Below are positions 58,804 to 64,000 of a stretch of 64,000 bases of DNA, piece by piece; the stretch's first letter is position 1; each line of letters begins with the position of its first letter. Origin of the DNA: Octopus vulgaris (Eukaryota); contig OX597815.1 of assembly GCA_951406725.2 (NCBI GenBank), positions 95,046,001-95,110,000 on the forward strand, in the 5' to 3' direction. The position numbers were made by a program, and so were the translations under genes. The notes beneath the pieces are model-generated. The model did not search any database and was not told the origin of the DNA. It worked only from the letters and a program-made list of their open reading frames with translations.

Positions 58804-59618
58804 ATATGTAATTACACATACATACACATACATGTGTATATTTGTATGTCTGTATGTATATATATATAACATTGATCATATATACTTTACGTATCGAGCA
58901 TTTAAAGTCAGGCATCGGTGAAAAATGTTGAATTGCGAAACATAAAAAAAAAAATCGTATACAAGAAGGCAATGAATTGATAGTTTTCAGATAGTAAGTC
59001 ATTTAAAGATAAAATAAGTTCAAAAGAATGTCTGTGGATAGAAAAATAAATGAAAAAGAGAAACTGAATCAACAAAAACTTCGCAGATCATAGCTACACG
59101 TTCAAACCCATACATGCAAACATACATACATGCATACATACATACATACATACATACATACATACATACATACATACATACATACTTATTCTGAAGGAGA
59201 GAAATTCGTTAGTCCGAGTTTCTTTTTTGTCTTCTCCTAGTTGGGAGAACGCGATGTGTACTCATGCATATATATATATATATACCATGTATACGTACAC
59301 GGTACGCGCACTCATATCGCGACACAATCTCTCTCTCTCTCCACATGTATATATACAGGGAGAGAGAATGAGAGAGGAAGAGAGATTGTGTGTTCGTGTG
59401 TGTGTGATATGTTGACACATTCATATGGTAAATACATTTTTATCCATAATATGAAAACGATACACATAATTTTAAGCATAATATAAACTGATATATGTGT
59501 ACTTATTCATGTATATACTAATATATATATATATGTTACACATATGCATATATGTATATACATATATATGCATGTATATAAATAATTCGTGTATACATAC
59601 ACATATATAAATGTGTGT

Positions 59619-59683
<65 letters not shown>

Positions 59684-59897
59684 CATACACAACACTCACA
59701 TACACAAATATATATATTGGTGTGTGTGTGTGTGTGTGTGTGTGTCAAATTAATTGCACAGCTTTACGAACAAAGACGTGTACAAAGTACTAAATAATAC
59801 AATTGAGTAATGTCAAACATGTATTTAAGAAGCACTTCATACAAACACGCTGACAGACACACAGACACACACATGCACAAATCATGTATGTGCGCAC

Positions 59898-59979
<82 letters not shown>

Positions 59980-60042
59980 ATATATATATATATGAAAGGA
60001 AAAGAAAATGGATATTGGGAAAATAATATATCGTATACACAG

Positions 60043-60119
<77 letters not shown>

Positions 60120-60369
60120 TGTATATATGTACATACAGATATATATGTATATATATATATTTATATAAATGTATGCATAGAGAAAGAAATACATACATGT
60201 ATATATAAATACAAAAATACATACATGTGTGGGTGTGTATATATATACATACCTATATACAAAATTATATATTTGAATATATGCATATACATTTAAATAC
60301 TCATATATGTATATGTCCATATATGTGTGTGTGTGTTTGTATATTTGTATATGTGTTTGAGTGAGTAAG

Positions 60370-60439
<70 letters not shown>

Positions 60440-61769
60440 TGTGTACGTGAATGAATGTGTGTATAATATAGACTATATAGACTTCATATATGCAGACAGT
60501 AACGATCAATGATTTCATTTATGGGAGATAAAATATTTTTCTTAATGGTTTTGAATTTCTGAGCAAAATGGGTAGGAAATGTGTTACTGAAACGATAGGC
60601 AAATATTTTTGGCATCTTATCAAAGACATATACATTTATACCGATAAATATATTGTATAGCTTAACATCAAGAAAAGTATACAAAATATTAGCAGGGTTT
60701 TGCATTTACTGTAAATCATAAGAAAAAAAATCGATAGTCGAAGTGTATACTCTGTGAGGTTGATATCTATACAGAAAAAGAAACTAGTTGGAAAGTATTA
60801 TAATATATTACAATAATGGAATGTTTGTATATAAATCATGAATAGAATTGATAAAAAATTCTTCAATTCTAGGTTATTTCATATAAATATATGTTATGAA
60901 ATAGCAATTTAAAAATAAAAATTACATAGTCATGAGGACTTACGCGTTATTTCATATTTGTGAATAACGTATGTATATAAAACGTTGTATAGAAAAAATT
61001 TAAAATCATTAATGCGAAATCAACATCATAAAACTATATTTCACTGGATTTGTTTATATGTTCAAAGTAAACAGTTGCATTCGATCTAATGCAAACAGTT
61101 TTTGCACGATAGTGTAAAACTATATAACCGAATATATACATGTTGCATTTAGTCTCATTATGGTGCAGGGTTTGCATGAAATCTGAATGCGAGAGGCATA
61201 AATGAGAAAATTGTTTGACTTGTTTTAACTACACAAATGGGTTCTTACAGATGTAGTTTATGCGTTTGTCATTGAACGATGAAGATATCCGTTGTGTTAT
61301 AGAAATGGATTAGTTAAAAAAAAAGAGGAAAAAGGGCATTTACAAAGGAATCAATAGCTTACAACGAATCTTGAGACACGGCTCAACCGAGTTATAAAAC
61401 AAAGTCAACCAAATTCAATCACAGTGAATGGGTTAGTTACAAGATAGACTTGTATGCGAATTGGATATTAGTAACTAATGAGATTGGGGCTGTAGGCCAT
61501 GGATTATGTCAGACTCTGAATAGACACTTGATTCGGAACGGGAATTAGGGAATAGCGCAACGTTGCATTAAATAGAGTATGTGCGAGAACATACACACAC
61601 GAACACACAACTATATGAATACATGTATACACACATTCGTATGTACTCACATAATATGTATGTGTGATAAATATTAAATGTATGTGTACGTGTGTAAGTA
61701 TGTCATACATTGTTATTATACATGATGAAATTTGAATAATTATAATCAAGACTTACTATTACCCTTGCT

Positions 61770-61770
61770 T

Positions 61771-61831
<61 letters not shown>

Positions 61832-61835
61832 AACA

Positions 61836-61907
<72 letters not shown>
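61770..61907. repeat. (CTA)n microsatellite
   Basis: Seen directly. Confidence 0.95.
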
Positions 61908-61908
<1 letters not shown>

Positions 61909-62139
61909 CTGCTGCTGCCATTTTACTGCTTGCTAATGTCTCTTCATGTCCTTAAAATCATTAATCATCTGACTCGCTGTGTGCAAAGCTAAAATAAGAG
62001 GAAATGAAAGAAAAGAAAAGGGCACGTAAAATACAACCAAATATGAATTTAATTGGTCAACAATAAACACGCAGCCAGAATAAGTGATGCTACTTTTTGG
62101 TTACCTCACCCCCATTAAAATATTGGGTTATCTACCCTC

Positions 62140-62290
62140 TTGTTTCTCTCTTTGTTTCTTTCTGTGTTCCTTTCTGTGGAAGAGCGTAGGCTCGAAACGT
62201 TAGAGACTTTTTCAATTCCCGAGCGTTATACTAATACATCTGTTTTTTTCTATACCACCAGTCTTTGTCTTTTGTTTTTTCGTGAATTCT

Positions 62291-62293
<3 letters not shown>
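62140..62293 (+). mobile_element. Short PLE-like terminal fragment with a hammerhead-like motif at 62170-62205
   Basis: cttt-CTGTGGA-A-GAGC(gtag)GCTC-GAAA-CG-TT-agag. Ends in (TA)n. Confidence 0.5.
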
Positions 62294-62359
<66 letters not shown>

Positions 62360-63586
62360 GTGTGCGCGCGCGCGTGTATTCACGTTTGGAAATGTAGATA
62401 TACACAAGAATCGTACAGTAAAATTGATGGTCCACCGTATTTAAGATGAATTTTTACTCCAAAGTGTAAGCGATGGAATCATATCTCAAGGAATTCCACT
62501 TGAAAAGAATAAATGAGCTATATCGTGCACTTCAAGTTTGAACTATTCCCTTAAAACAAAGAAGGAACTTTTCTGTGACCCTGTCAGCTTCTGATAAACT
62601 ATGTTTGCTTAATGTCCTGACTTCCAAAGTAGAATCTGGTAGAGTTGCATGGACTCATGTCATTAAACATAGAGCATTTATCCCAAGTGTAATGACAATC
62701 TCCCAATGATCTGAGTGCATGCTCTTATAAACAATGCAACCTCCCCATTTCAGCAAGTTACAAAACGTCTTCGCTCCAAACAATTGTACCTTTCGTAGTA
62801 GATGCGAGCTGAGTGATATTCTGATAAGATCAATGGGTAGAGATTTATGCAGCGCTAATCACAAGTTTAGCATTTGTAAAATAACATTGATATTTGGAAG
62901 CTGAATATGCACTCAGAGCAAACATTTCTAAGATGGCTACAGAGAGTTGAATCGCAAATAATTATCATTTAAAAATGAAACCATCTGAAACCACCTGTGA
63001 AAAACTAAATAAAGTATTCCTGAAGGACTAAACAATCAATACTGAAAATGTAGAGACATGATGGTCTTCACACACTAAAAAAAAAAAGATTTATGAATCT
63101 ATGCAGGTGGCTTAATGAGCCATCGAAGCTCGTTCTGCCAGGATTGATTTGATAAAAATAACAAAATAATCAAATGAAGATTTTAAGAAAAAAAAGAAGC
63201 TAAATATGCTACCTGCATTTACCGCCCCACCCCCAGAGCAACAAAAGAGCTCAGTGTAAAAACTAATGATCTTAGAGTAAACGTGTTCTCTTCCAAGAAA
63301 AAAAGTATGGTGCATGTATAATGACTGAACTGGAGAAAGGCTTCGGAAGACACAAATAATGCACAAGCCTTCTTTGGATTCCGTTGTGAAATCTATGGCT
63401 CCGCTACCTTGGAAGTTTCATCCCTCTTTACAGCAGATGGAAATATATCATACACAAAGAAGGGCTATGTGGGAAATGGTTAAGCACATAAAATGTTCTG
63501 GACAGATATTCAAATTAAATTAGGATCTGTTATAATCTTGTGCAGATTCCAATCTCCCAAACCACCTTACGTATATATATAGGAAA

Positions 63587-63676
63587 ACTATAATTTCCAC
63601 TAAATGTGACTAGGGTGCTAGAAACACCTAAATTGCTTGAAATAGCACCCTAGTCACATTTAGGGATAATTATAGT
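63587..63676. repeat. Compact hairpin with 34-bp arms (21 bp perfect) and a 22-nt loop
   Basis: CTAAATGTGACTAGGGTGCTA (63600-63620) pairs with TAGCACCCTAGTCACATTTAG (63643-63663). Confidence 0.85.
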
Positions 63677-63729
63677 CTTCTTTTTTGGTAAAACACTGGA
63701 GACTGCTGTCTATATTAATATTCTGTATG

Positions 63730-63799
<70 letters not shown>

Positions 63800-63839
63800 C
63801 GTGCGTGCTTTTGTGTGTGTGTGTGTGCGTGCGTGTGTG

Positions 63840-63878
<39 letters not shown>

Positions 63879-64000
63879 TTGAATATAATTTTGTAGATAT
63901 ATTTCCAATGTTTATTATTTTGGGGATGTTAAATATTTTTCCTACTTTTCACACAACATGGATTTAGAGATTATGTGTATTTTCCAAAATAATATGAAAA

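Overview
Eukaryotic, AT-rich, microsatellite-saturated non-coding DNA. The repeat families suggest an octopus (coleoid cephalopod) genome; this is inference. No convincing host exon was found, and nearly all listed ORFs are translations of simple repeats. All recognisable coding sequence is transposon-derived and disrupted: three Penelope-like element (PLE) copies with RT and/or GIY-YIG sequence, an R4/Dong RLE-LINE cluster in (TAA)n, a Tx1/L1-like LINE in (ATCT)n, a CR1-group LINE tail, an IR-DR Tc1 (DD34E) transposon and a decayed mariner. At least four tRNA-derived SINE families are also present. The most striking signal is a set of minimal type I hammerhead ribozyme (HHR) motifs: a canonical GUC form, two U3/A8 compensatory variants and extra-A variants. 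Several sit in tail-outward foldback elements of three sizes (about 4.5 kb, 0.6 kb and 0.39 kb) embedded in (TA)n, so each strand carries one ribozyme. Two SINE families also share their 3' tails with LINEs in the same window, one of them with a Tx1/L1-type element.
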